Below are positions 10,066-21,764 of a stretch of DNA of 64,000 bases, one piece after another. The DNA is from Trypanosoma brucei. Its lineage: Eukaryota. The notes under the pieces were generated by a model that saw only the letters and a program-made list of their open reading frames with translations, was not told where the DNA came from and ran no database searches. The DNA is taken from positions 1,216,001-1,280,000 of the forward strand of contig CP000068.1 of NCBI GenBank assembly GCA_000002445.1. The letters are read 5' to 3'. Every line of letters starts with the position of its first letter. The stretch's first letter is position 1. The position numbers and the translations under genes are program-made.

Positions 10066-11172
10066 ATGGAGTCCGGGGGGTTTGCAGAAGACTATGACCC
10101 AAATAGCTCTTTGCATCATCAGTACTATGAAAGTTATTCAGATCTTGCTGTGCACCGCTTGATGCTGGAGGATGCGCAACGCATGTCGTTTTATCGCAAA
10201 TCCATAGAGCAAAGTGCATCCATTGAAGGAAAAGTGGTGGTAGACGTGGGTTCCGGCACGGGGATTCTCTCGATGTGGGCGGCACGCGCTGGAGCGAAGC
10301 ACGTCTTTTCCATTGAAGCATCATCGCTGAGTGAATTTCAAATCGGAGTCGTCGAAGACAATGATCTTTCGACGAAGATAACGGTACTCGGAGACACAGT
10401 GGAGAATATTATTGCCGGTGGTGTAGCGAATTTCGTGAACCGTCACAAGGCTAAATTGGGGAAATGTGGCGTAGCAGTGCTTCTATCCGAATGGATGGGG
10501 TTTTATCTGTTCCATGAAGGTATGCTTCCCTCCGTCATCCGTGCGAGGAACTTCTTTCAAGATGTCAACGCCGCCCTGGGGGTTTTGCAGCCTATTGAAA
10601 TGATCCCTGAGCGCGCCACTGTTTTCGTCGCCCCTATTACTTGCAAACCGTATTATGTGCAGCGATACAAAAACTTTTGGCGTGATGTTGACGGCTTGGA
10701 TTTTAGTCGCTATGGACGGATAGAATATGAAGTATATCTCGAACAGGCGTCACCTCTCGTTGAGTGTTTACCACCCTTGTGCCTTCTCCACGAAGGTCTT
10801 TCCCTGATTGAGTTGAATTTATCAACAGTTCAGGAGGAGGTACTCACATCATTGCATAATACCGTCCATTTCGACTTGAAGGAATCCGCTGAGTTTCAGC
10901 AACACGCCAGGGAAGCGGGTAGTGAAGGACGGGTTTCTGTGGACGGTTTTACCGTATGGTTTGATGTAAGTTATGGTGCCCACACACTTAGCACATCACC
11001 TCGCAGCCCTTCCACTCACTGGAAACAAACCACCATCCTTCTTCCAAGAGAAGCCCGAAACGAAGAACTCGTGTCCTTCCCCGTAGAGGGTGGCGAGCTC
11101 GGTGTGGAGATGCATATTAGTGCATCAGATAAAACCCTTCGCTTCTACACCATTGAGCTCGAGTTAAAATAA
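10066..11172 (+). CDS. PRMT6: Type-I protein arginine N-methyltransferase, probably PRMT6.
   Basis: AdoMet motif I VVVDVGSGTGILSMWAARAGA; post-I HVFSIEAS; double-E loop and THW-like LLSEWMGFYLFHEGM. The ORF-track start at 10024 is a TTG; the first ATG is 10066, giving 368 aa. The PRMT6 assignment rests on my memory of a 368-aa trypanosome PRMT6 and is not verifiable here. Confidence 0.75.
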   Translation: MESGGFAEDYDPNSSLHHQYYESYSDLAVHRLMLEDAQRMSFYRKSIEQSASIEGKVVVDVGSGTGILSMWAARAGAKHVFSIEASSLSEFQIGVVEDNDLSTKITVLGDTVENIIAGGVANFVNRHKAKLGKCGVAVLLSEWMGFYLFHEGMLPSVIRARNFFQDVNAALGVLQPIEMIPERATVFVAPITCKPYYVQRYKNFWRDVDGLDFSRYGRIEYEVYLEQASPLVECLPPLCLLHEGLSLIELNLSTVQEEVLTSLHNTVHFDLKESAEFQQHAREAGSEGRVSVDGFTVWFDVSYGAHTLSTSPRSPSTHWKQTTILLPREARNEELVSFPVEGGELGVEMHISASDKTLRFYTIELELK

Positions 11173-11538
11173 CGTCGTAATCAATCTTTTTTGTTTTGCT
11201 TACAAATGCGTGGTGGAGCTGATGGTCGAAGGAGTGCTTACGCAAATGAGGATGGTTGTATGCATACAGAAAAGGATTGTACATGAGACATCGCACTCGG
11301 CTATTAATACATGATCCCCTCACCCCTTCTTTTCTCCTTTTGCTCCATTCTCTCCTTTTCCCCTCATGTCATGGCCTTTCAATATGTGTTCGTTCGTGCA
11401 GTTTGTACAAGAGGAGCAAGTACACAAGGAAATTTTATAGCTCGGCAAGAAACTGAAGAAAAAATATATAGAAAAACAAAACAGGAAATAAACCAGGCGG
11501 AAACATTTATTTTTTTTCTTTTCTAGAGAGGGCAGCAT

Positions 11539-12321
11539 ATGTCCACCGGCCAACTTTCAGCGGATGCGGTGAAATACCTTGAGGAGAAGCGTGTCACTTA
11601 CCTGCTGGAGGAACTCTTTCACGATGTGCTGCGGAACCTTCCCGAAAACCCCTTAGAGTTCCTTCTTAAAGCGCTGGAACGTAAAACCACATTGCATCTC
11701 ATAATTGTGGGCCCTCCGGGCAGTGGCAAACAGACGCAGGCCCGTCGCATCGCAAAGAGGTATGATGCGGTACATGTTCGCGCACAGGATATTTTCCTCA
11801 ACGAAGTAAAGAGACGCACACCCGAGGGAGAAATCATAGAGCGCTGCATGCGAGATGGCGAGCAGGTGCCCTCACATATTTCCTCAGAACTTGTCATTAG
11901 ACGGCTTCGCGAGGATGATGTTGTCAAAAGGGGGTGGGTGCTTGACGGATTCCCGCAAACGCGCTCACAGGCACTGCGTCTTCAGACAGCGGGACTTTCA
12001 CCTCTTCTTTTCATTATGCTCGATGTTGGGAACGAGGTGTCGGTAAAACGCTGCGCAGGCCGGCGGTACGAACCCATAACGCGGAATATTTATCATATCG
12101 AGTATTTGCCGGCACCAAGCGGCATGCATTTGGAGCTCATGTCTCCCGATGACGAATCGAGGGCTGCTGTGGCGAGCAGGTGGAAATACTTCGATGCTAG
12201 GCGGGGTGAACTCGTTGGTTGTTATGAACCAATGTACGTTCGCATCGATGGTGACCGACCATTTGACACTGTATTCGCTGAGGTATGCGAGCAGGTGGAC
12301 TCGAGGTTTGTTTCAGTGTAA
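11539..12321 (+). CDS. Adenylate kinase with a 50-residue N-terminal extension (flagellar ADK type).
   Basis: P-loop IIVGPPGSGKQTQ at residues 55-67 instead of the N-terminus; NMP-binding/LID region DGFPQTRSQA; 260 aa. A 45-55 residue extension ahead of the P-loop is the architecture of trypanosome flagellar adenylate kinases. Confidence 0.8.
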   Translation: MSTGQLSADAVKYLEEKRVTYLLEELFHDVLRNLPENPLEFLLKALERKTTLHLIIVGPPGSGKQTQARRIAKRYDAVHVRAQDIFLNEVKRRTPEGEIIERCMRDGEQVPSHISSELVIRRLREDDVVKRGWVLDGFPQTRSQALRLQTAGLSPLLFIMLDVGNEVSVKRCAGRRYEPITRNIYHIEYLPAPSGMHLELMSPDDESRAAVASRWKYFDARRGELVGCYEPMYVRIDGDRPFDTVFAEVCEQVDSRFVSV

Positions 12322-12863
12322 TGTTGGCGCGTGAGGCAAGAAATAATGGTGAATTAAAGAACCGCGCAACGTTCTTTGGGCTCTTGGTGGGAATACTCTC
12401 GAATGCACAAAGAAAAGGGAACATATGTATTGTAGAAGGATGGAAATGAAAGGAGGAAACAATGGATGTTTGCGGCGCCTGCAAGTCCCGCCAGAGACAT
12501 GCAACCGCCTGCGGTGGATTTGGCCGCGCATGTCGGTTGGATATATTGTTTCTCTACCATCTCCCTTCCTAGCTTAGGTATTTGGTTGTGGATGCTCTAC
12601 TTTTTCTTTCTTCCCCCCTTTTAAAAATAATTACAATCCTTAAATGGTGGCGAAGACTAATTTCTTTTTCTTTTCCTTCTTCTTAGGGCTCACTACTTGT
12701 TTCAGTGTGGCCAAGCTGTTTTGAAGACTTCAAAACAAAGAGGAATAATAAAGAAAGACACTGAAAGAAGTAAGCATTAGCCTCCCGTTGTGGTGAGTAC
12801 GCGCCAGCTCGGGTTCCAAGCTGTAGTAACTTAAACGATTTCCGCGTTGTTGGTAGATACGAA

Positions 12864-13988
12864 ATGCTCTCTGTGAGTCCGCCACTTCGGCGTTACCGCC
12901 TTTTCCATCCGCGGCGGGAGGCGATACCGATGCATATGTGCCCTGCTAAGACAATATTTCCGCTCATTAACAGCAACAATCTCCTTGTGAAGACGCGTAA
13001 CAGTTGGGAGGACTTCACTGGGAGAAAAGAGTTCGATGAAGATCACCCACTTCCAGTTGTTGGGTCGCGACTAAATGGCCGCACTACCCAACATAAATGG
13101 AATCACTGGGATCAATACCTCAACCCACAAATCACACAGTCGATTAAAGACTTAACACCAACTCCCGAATATGTGGGAATGCGCTGCGGCCACAATATGA
13201 TCAAAATGGGATGGATGAAAATAGGCGGGAGCTGGAAGTATTCAAGGGGATACAATGACAGACGCCGAGTGTTCGCAAGAGGGCAATGGCAGGAACGTAA
13301 AATGACTCCCCGCTTCATGCTTGCCCCTCGTGTCTCAGCCGGTGGCCCTCGCAATCGTTACGAAGGAAAGTTGGTGTTTTCCCCACTGAGGCTCAGCAAA
13401 CTTCTTTGGGCCATCGATACAGGTCGAATAAACCCCAATGAAGTGATAACACTGTACCACCTGCGGCAGGCCAATGTTGTGGGGGAACGCGAAATTGTGT
13501 GGCCTGGATTTGTGCTTATAAGCAATGGTGTGCGCCGTGTACCTTACCCCATTCATATCGAATTACAAAATGCATCGGCTGAGAGCATTCGTCTTATTGA
13601 AGAAGCGGGTGGTTCCTTCACGTGTGTATATATGACGCATGAAGGTCTATACCAGGAACTGCATCCCGAGGAATATCCAATATTTATGGACCAGGAACTG
13701 CCGGAGCGCCGCGGCCTCGAGAGTTTAGCGACAAACCCCAGCAAACGTGGTTGGTTGACACGCTGGTATGAAGACAGCAGTAAATACGCACATCCCGCCG
13801 CGGGGCGCCGCTATTCTCATTATCTGAAACCGCCGACCGAACGAGATTTCCCCGCCACAGTGGAGGAATATGAAATGGTGAAACATCATCAAAAATGGCA
13901 CCTCAATCAACCGGGAACCGGAACGTTGCTTCCTTGGCATTCTTACAACACGGCGGATTTGGTAAAGCGAGCGGCAGGTCGTTTGTAG
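12864..13988 (+). CDS. Mitochondrial ribosomal protein uL15m-like.
   Basis: C-terminal block NASAESIRLIEEAGGSF resembles the bacterial L15 C-terminus (…ARAAIEAAGGKIE). The central LSKLLWAIDTGRINPNEVITLYHLRQANVVG resembles the L15 core. There is an N-terminal basic, presequence-like region. Overall similarity is weak. Confidence 0.5.
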   Translation: MLSVSPPLRRYRLFHPRREAIPMHMCPAKTIFPLINSNNLLVKTRNSWEDFTGRKEFDEDHPLPVVGSRLNGRTTQHKWNHWDQYLNPQITQSIKDLTPTPEYVGMRCGHNMIKMGWMKIGGSWKYSRGYNDRRRVFARGQWQERKMTPRFMLAPRVSAGGPRNRYEGKLVFSPLRLSKLLWAIDTGRINPNEVITLYHLRQANVVGEREIVWPGFVLISNGVRRVPYPIHIELQNASAESIRLIEEAGGSFTCVYMTHEGLYQELHPEEYPIFMDQELPERRGLESLATNPSKRGWLTRWYEDSSKYAHPAAGRRYSHYLKPPTERDFPATVEEYEMVKHHQKWHLNQPGTGTLLPWHSYNTADLVKRAAGRL

Positions 13989-16900
13989 AGATAGATGCCG
14001 CCGATTTTTTCTTCTTTTTGCGTTTCGCCTTGCCACAATATGCGCGGCTGGGCAGTCTACACATGGAACTGAAAGGAACTTTTGCGCTTTGGGAGGGTTT
14101 GGGGTTGTTGACACTTGGTTTGTTGTCGTTGTTGTCGTTGGTATGGCGAAATAATGTGTTTAATTGTTTTCGGTCGTTCGCTCACATTCCCATATCCTTT
14201 CGGCAAAAAAGTACAGGAGTGGTGCGGGAAGAAATCTTTGTTTTTTTTTTTTTGAAAACTTGCGTCGGGAATGCTTTGGGCTTACGTTTTTTCTCGGATT
14301 GGTAACCTTCACCCCTCTTTTTTTCTATTACTCAGCAGTCGTCTGCAAGAGGGTGTAACTTTTAAGTGCCAAACATGCTTGACTCCGTACGTCCACCGCT
14401 AACGGAAGTCGAGTGGTTGACCAGTGTCAGAGCTTTTATGGAGTTTGTTCGACAAAAGGGGCCAACTCCTTTCCAATTTGATTTTTGACCTGCTCGAAAC
14501 CCCAGACTAATTTATCACGTGGATGGTCAACTGACCATTGAAAACGGGAATCTAATGGTTTATTTTGACCAACAGCATAAAATGGAGATGGCTTCATGAA
14601 GACAATCAATGGTAAGCTTCACATTTCCAAGGAATGCGGATTTCCCCATGGAAAGCGAAGAGGCGCGAGCAGCTCTACAGACGGAGTGGGCGACAACATT
14701 GGGAGCCACAGAATCAGCGCTTTATTATCAGTTTGAAAGTGCATGTGCCCAAATGGCTGATGAAAATTTTCGGGTGCAACCGAATGCAAGCGAACTGCTG
14801 CTTTGGTGCATGCAGCAACAACTAACGCAAATGCAAGAAAAAATAAAACGGCAGGCCTAAACGATTGAAGCGTTGCAGAAACAGATGACGGCTCCAGAAG
14901 GGAAAAAAAGCTAAAGAAGAAAAGAGCCAGCAACGTCCCGGAAATAATGATGATGGAAAGTTTAAACTTATGGACCAATGGGTATTGGAGGGACACACGG
15001 AACAACAGGCGACAACAACTGCTCCTCTTCCCAGAGTGGTAAGTATGAGAGGTGCTTTCCAGGGCTTACGAGAGAAGGCGTCGCCGTTTGGGATAAGAAG
15101 AGAGGAAAAGATGCGCTCCTTTGATGGCGCAGTGGATTACACGAAGCGCAGGGGTCCCAATCAACTTATCACGGCTTACCAATATGTGTTCCCCGCGACT
15201 GTATCACCGGACCCAGTGTACAGGGAAACACGGAAAATCTTTGTGTCATGGCTTATGGGACCGCAGAATGGAATTATATCAGAGGGGTATTAACGATTGG
15301 GAAAACACTTTTATACGCAGTTGCGCTTGATTCAAACTGTTTAAGACAACCCTGGGGTGAGAATGCAGGATATCCGCGATGCTATAGAATTCCCTCACAA
15401 AAAGGACTACATATTCCTGCAATCCGCTCTAAAAGCAAAGAAACAGAAACAATCGATTCTACTGAACCAGTAACGATGTTACACATGCGGTCGAGTGGGG
15501 CATTACAGTGCAACCTTTAGGATAAACAAGACGGCATCAGAAAAGAGACCAAAAAGATACAACAGACCCCCGAAGCAATGAACTCAAACGCCCTTCATGA
15601 TAGCGTAGCTAAAGTTTCACAAAATAAATGCCTTGTGGACCATTTTGCAGTGGAAAAACATAAGCCGTGCAGGAGGAAATAACCCGAAAAAAGGCGAGAG
15701 CAGCATGGCACATGAAAATAAAACATTCCGCAACAGCCGATCAACGGATGGGGAGGGGTTTTCCACAAGGAGGTAGAGTGGCTCTGCTAACGGTTTTACA
15801 CCGAAAAACAGCAGCAAAATCTATCAACGGAGTAACTATTGTTATTCCAGTTCCCACGCGAAATGATCCATACATCTTGGCGTTGGCCTCAGAAGCCAAC
15901 AGAATAGCAATGTGAATGTGGGAATGATTTCCCTTCCGTGGATTTGACAGAGGATGATGCAAGCAGCGAGTAAACAATTTGATGAGGTTTGGAGCATTAT
16001 GAATAGCACAGATGATGTGGAAAGAGAGAAAGTATCAAACAAGGAGTCTGAAATTGCACATTGCAGAAAAGTATGCCCAAATAATGAAGCAGCCGCGTAT
16101 CATTGGCCCAGTTTCAGAGAGACACGACAGGATGAGTTGTGTGCCATTATTTGTGATGGAAGAAAAACAGAATTGGAAGAAGGCGTTTGTTTATTGCATG
16201 ACCAAAGGCTAAAAAGAGCAGGGATGATTATGAGGCATATCTCCCATTGGGTCACTTTTCCCAGTATTTAAATACTCTCCATGACCAGTCTGTGGCATTG
16301 TTTGATCTAAAGTCATTCCTCTCCCAAGTGAAGTTACCTGAGGATATTCGGGCAGGGTTCCGATACGTTAGCAAAAATGAGGAATTAGTGAATTTGAATC
16401 GACTCCCCATCAGTTAATAAAGAGAGCCCTGGAATTTTACACACCATTACAAAGCTCTTTTTAGAAGGCGCCGATGTCGTGAAGCTGCAGCAGGCGACCC
16501 CTGAAAGATTGAGGACTCAAACATGGATATGCAACATATGTATTAGTGTGAGGCGCATGACGTGGTTAAATGTCGTGGAAACAAAATAGTTACGAGCATG
16601 GAGGAATGTGGGGCACACTATCATTGGTGACTCACAAAAGATGACACAACAATGCGATTTTATTGGAGTTTTAGTTTAAACATGAAAACCAGACAGTATG
16701 GCTGGGACAACGAAAGTGATACAACAATTCCGAGTATCCCTTGCTATGTGAAAAAAACTACCATAGAATAAATGGAAACTGTTGTATCACGCATGATGTA
16801 CGTGACAGCAGTGAGAAAACAATAGCTTTCTTAATACTACTGCTACTTATTTTTTTAAATGGTAGCATGATATTTGTCATTATGCAATATGGTCCTGATG

Positions 16901-18180
16901 CGACCCAATAATTTAACCGTGCCACCACACACAGACACATACACATACACATATGCGCTACAGCTAAAAAAAAAATGGATGTGCATTTTGATAAAGAAAA
17001 CACCAATGAATTCGCCGCGAGTTGTAGCAACTGTGACCATGATGGTAACGGATTCTTCCACGCAAAGATGATGGGGACGGTTTTACAATTCCTCAATTCG
17101 GAAAAGAAGTTCTTAACTGAAAGTGGTGCTTGTGAAACTGCGGTCCAGTTGTGAATATTTGCCTTCTGAAAGAGATGGAAGAGTCTCGCACATGTATGCG
17201 TGAACGACACGGCGGTGATGCATAATATTATTATTATTAAAAATATGGTGGGAATTGCAACACACATTCCAATGCCATGGTTCATGAGGCTTTAGCCATA
17301 GATGGAGTGTGTTGCAAAATGGAAAGATTAATTTTTCACAGAGTTACGTGACCTCAGGAGGATAACCTCGCGGGTGCCCAAAGGTCAAGCAAAGTGGAGC
17401 ACGGGAAGTGAGTGAAGTGCGCTTTCAGACACTTCCACATCGTAAATCATAGTGGTGGTTAAATGATTATATCGTTTTCTCTTTTTTTTTTTCAGATATG
17501 ACTCACATCTAATCAAAGCACATTGTTTGAGAGGAAACATTTTTTTTTCTCTTCCTTGTTATTCTTTCTATTAACTCTGTTAGAGGGAAATCAGGCTAGA
17601 CCATTCCTTCTATTTGATACTAGAAGCCATTGACCGGTTTTGTCGATTGTCATCTCCTCTTCATGCTCTTTTCCTATTATTATTTTTCTTTTTTTTTCAG
17701 GGCGGGATGTGCGTCTGCAGCGTCATTTAGGCCGTCTTTAACCACTGAACGAGGCAAAAGAGGTTTTGAAACAAGGTTAAACGCAGACAACCTTCTTCGC
17801 AATGGGAAAAAAAAAATTGAACACCACCGAGTGGCGTCAGTGATGACGCTGCACTTTGGAAAACCGGTGCATTATATTTGGGAACAAGGGTAGAAGGCGA
17901 CATAGAGCTTATTTGTTTGTTTTTAGTGCCCTGTTCCTTTTTGTGCAGTGGCAACAACTCTTCACTTGGTAGGAATACTCCACCAATTCACACAAGCACA
18001 TTAGCCTCCGGTAGAGAAGGTGACGAGACTCATTTAACCAACAAGTGACGTATTCCTGTAGCGGCTGCCGCATTTTTCGCAGCTCTGATCGTGGCGGTGC
18101 AAACGTGGTTTAGTGTAACCACATCTTTTCTGCAACATTCAGAAAAAGAAAGAGAGATAGTGAAAGCATGTTCTTTATCT

Positions 18181-18190
18181 GGGGGGGGGG
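18181..18190. repeat. G10 homopolymer followed by aGGGaGG.
   Basis: Direct read; it sits inside the gene-poor interval. Confidence 0.9.
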
Positions 18191-20330
18191 AGGGAGGCGT
18201 CCGGTGACGCCTTCATGCTTCTCCCAGTTTCTTCGGGCTTCTATATTTAAGCAGGTTGATCTACAAAGTACCAAAAGTCTAGCGGTGGCCGCTTGTGTGC
18301 GTTATCCCCTCTTAACCCAAGTTGTTTTGTTTACTGGTTTTGGTGCAGTGTGAGAGTTTGTGGATGTATGCGCACGTCTTCCACTTAACCTCACTTCCAT
18401 GAGGAAGTTACCGCTGCGGCCAGCTGGCTTCGGGATCGAGCTTCCTCGTGCAACATTTGTGTGGTCTTAGTTTCCTATAATTTTCCAAAGTTTGCGTGTT
18501 CCGTAACGTTGCCCCTAGCAGTCGGTAGCGGATTTTCCTTTGTCTCTTCATCCTCTTCCGGGTTAACTGCTGCGTTTTCCTCATCATCATATTTATGTTC
18601 TGTTGCGCTTTTCTTCCTAACGCAGCCGACCTATTTCCGCTGCCTGCAGCATCACTTTTAACTGCTCCCCGACATCTCCTTGGAACATTGAAATCGATGC
18701 GAGAACTCAAACCTCGCGCTGGGAATTACCTCCACAACGTTGGGCATTTAATCCTTCCCTCACCCGGGGTTTTGCGGTCGTCTCGTAATCCTTCCTTGCT
18801 ACCAACCATTGATGGAAGCCGCGTTTCAACAACTGATCGTGTGTGAGATCTTTCGTTTTTTTTTTGTTCCTTAGTGTTCCCATCGAAGCTGCGACGCGAC
18901 CGCTGGGCTAATGTTAGCGCGAGCCCCACCACAGCCGTCGCTTCCGTCTCCCGCCTCCCCCCGTTTGAGCATATCTGAACCACTTTTCGCTGCGCCTAAT
19001 CTCCTCCAAATTGACCCCCATGAACCAGGTGTCGCTCCTTGTTTCCTCATCCAGTGGCCGCAGCGTGTCTGCGGTAATCGCTTAAAACGGACCTCATCCA
19101 GGGACTTTTCCTTTCGCGCGTTGAAAATTTGGGCCCCTTGTCTGCCAATGTTTCTTCCGCTCGTTCCCGCACATTGGATAAGGAACAAACCGTTCGGTTA
19201 TTTCAGCTGCGTTCTTCCCTGTGCGGTGCCGGTTTGTCCAACGAGTGGTGTGGGAGCCCAATTGACATGTCCGATAGGTCTCTTGTAACAGCTGCGATGC
19301 TATGAAATTAGGCTGATGAAAAACGCCTAAGCAAGGTCTGTAGCGAGTCACCCTTCGTGGCCAGGAGCACATACGCATTCGTTGCCACATTGTTGACAAT
19401 ATTACGAACTTCTCAACAAAACGTCCCCAGCCCTCACTTCAGTTTGTCACACGGGACCGTTCGTCTCGATACTAGTCTGGATGTTCCCATCATGCTCGAC
19501 GAAGAGCGATAAGCAAAGACCGACGTCGGGAGGAATGAAAGGGCCACGTCGCATCTCGGCGTTTTTTTCGGGAGGGGGAGCCCTGCGTGCTCACGGGGCG
19601 TTAACTATTTCGACAGCTGCACCGCCGACGCTGTCACCATTTTTTAAAAAACCTACAGGGTTTTAGCTGCCGGTTCGCGCCGGCGAAAATGGCCCCGGCG
19701 CCGATGTGAGATAGTTGCTTTAGGGGAGATGATTTATTGCTGAAAAGGAATGTGGGTGGAAACAAAAGGATCGTCTAAATTTCAAAGGGTATAATCAACA
19801 AAGCATGAGAATGAAAAATTTATCAGAATGTCCTTTCAACCCCTTAGATCGGAATTTGCTTTTTTTCAGGACTCACGTTTGTACGAATGGCCGCGCCCGA
19901 AAACGAAAAGGAGTTTTAGTTACAGGCTGTAAGGGCACGGGCATTCGCTGAGTTGACAAACAGCGAATGGGGACGAAGGGTCTATTTGGCCTTTAATTCT
20001 CCAATTTTTTAAATTCGTTTGTGCACGTGTGCAAGGCACATTTTTTTCCTTTTTCCTGGCACCGCGCAGCGCAGCAAATACTTGAGCGGTGCTTCAGGGG
20101 AGGTAAATCCTCCCGAGAAGATAAAGAAGAAGGCCTCTGTTTCATCTGAGAACATAAATTAAGTGCAAGCAAGTGCAAAATAAATACATGGCGAGGCGCC
20201 ACAACTAGAGCACACACTGGAAGAAGGAGGGGCATGTATCCTGTTAGTCTAACCCATCATTTTCCTCTCTTTTTTTCCGGTATGGTTTTAGAGAGTCTTC
20301 AAAAAGGTCGTAAAGGCGAAGGTGTGAAAC

Positions 20331-21764
20331 ATGGCACAGGGCAAAGCTGCTTTTTTACTAATATTGTGTGTTTGCTCCTGCTGGCACCTCTCTTCAGCGG
20401 ACACAGAAGCGATCAAGGAAACAGCAATCAGAGAAGTGTGTGAGCTTTCAAAAACATTGAAAGGCACACCCTTTGCCATAACTCAGAGATGGAAACATAT
20501 CGAGGCCTTGATTTCGACCTTTGAGAGGTTGCTGCGAAGACTGGAGTTAATTAACCTTCTGTGCTGTGAAGACGAAGATAGCGTAAGCATTTTGAAACTC
20601 TACACCCAAAGCCAGATTGCAAGTTTAGAAGTGCTAATGAAGGCTCTTATGGAAAGGGGACCGAACGCCGCGGCGTTCGCGGCATACGCAGCAGGGAGGT
20701 TGGATGAGTTTGTTGCCGTATTCACGCAGTCGGTGGGGAAGACACCGCGAACAAACGCGTGCGTAATTGCGGATTCCGGCATGAGAAGGTGGGACCAGGC
20801 AGCGGCGAATGGATGTGAGCATAACGTAGTGGGAAACGCGGCTCAGAATTTCCTTGATTTGGAAGTCTTATTGAAAACGACATTGTTGACAAGAGGAAAC
20901 CAAAAGGGAGAAAGCAAGCAGTGCCCACTAACAAAGAGCGATTTGAGTGGCTATGCGACGGTGGACGACGCCCCTGACAGAATAAAGTGGGCAGGCGGGC
21001 TTTTGACCGTACACAAAATGTATGGATGGAAAGAAGACGGATGGTCTACAAACGGAAGGAACGTCGAATTCATCAAAGAGGCGGCAGAACAATTCAAAGA
21101 AATTAAAAAAGTCCTCGAGAAACAGCTGCCGAACGGCCTTGACAGCATCGACGCACTAAACGCTTTTTTGAAAAGGGAAGAGCCGGACGCGATGATGAAA
21201 GATGCAATCAAAACGCACCAGGGGTGGGAAGAAGAGAAAGACGATAAAACGATAATTGAGAAAATCAAGGAGATATTTGGAATTGGGGAACCATGTGCAA
21301 AGATTGAATTTATCGAAACGCTTATAAGGACTAATGTTTCTGCTAGAGAATCGGGCTGCACAAAGCAAATTGACTTGTTTCAACTCACTACTCGGCAAAT
21401 GGAAGAAGTAAAGGAACGCCGCCTCGATCAATTACGTAAAACGAAGACAGAAGCGGAGAATTATCCACGGGACATGGCAAAATTGTCGGCATTAAAAACT
21501 AATACAAACACAAAGCAAGGTGAGTACGGAGAGTGCCAGTTTCTATGCAAGCGATACAAGAACGCTAAAGCAGAAAACGAGGCAACGGATGCCGCACCCA
21601 ACTCTCCGGCAGCAGCAAGGAAGTGTCGTGGGAAAACGGAAAACGATTGCAAAGATGAGTGCAAATGGGACGGAAATGTCTGCAAAAATTCGGACGAAAC
21701 ATCAGATTACTCCAGAGTGTGTTACTCCCCTCTTTTTCCAGTCTTACTTCTTTCCTTATTTTAG
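20331..21764 (+). CDS. VSG-related (variant-surface-glycoprotein-like) protein in a chromosome-internal position.
   Basis: N-terminal signal peptide MAQGKAAFLLILCVCSCWHLSSA. A long helical N-domain with scattered Cys. A C-terminal Cys motif CRGKTENDCKDECKWDGNVCKNS typical of VSG type-2 C-terminal domains. It ends in the hydrophobic tail SPLFPVLLLSLF, like a GPI-addition signal. 477 aa. Confidence 0.6.
   Translation: MAQGKAAFLLILCVCSCWHLSSADTEAIKETAIREVCELSKTLKGTPFAITQRWKHIEALISTFERLLRRLELINLLCCEDEDSVSILKLYTQSQIASLEVLMKALMERGPNAAAFAAYAAGRLDEFVAVFTQSVGKTPRTNACVIADSGMRRWDQAAANGCEHNVVGNAAQNFLDLEVLLKTTLLTRGNQKGESKQCPLTKSDLSGYATVDDAPDRIKWAGGLLTVHKMYGWKEDGWSTNGRNVEFIKEAAEQFKEIKKVLEKQLPNGLDSIDALNAFLKREEPDAMMKDAIKTHQGWEEEKDDKTIIEKIKEIFGIGEPCAKIEFIETLIRTNVSARESGCTKQIDLFQLTTRQMEEVKERRLDQLRKTKTEAENYPRDMAKLSALKTNTNTKQGEYGECQFLCKRYKNAKAENEATDAAPNSPAAARKCRGKTENDCKDECKWDGNVCKNSDETSDYSRVCYSPLFPVLLLSLF

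Noticed and set aside
14609-17285. Short ORFs (60-175 aa) scattered through the gene-poor interval.
   Set aside because: They are low-complexity, mutually overlapping, and have no motifs. They were kept as part of the pseudogene-or-relic hypothesis rather than as genes.
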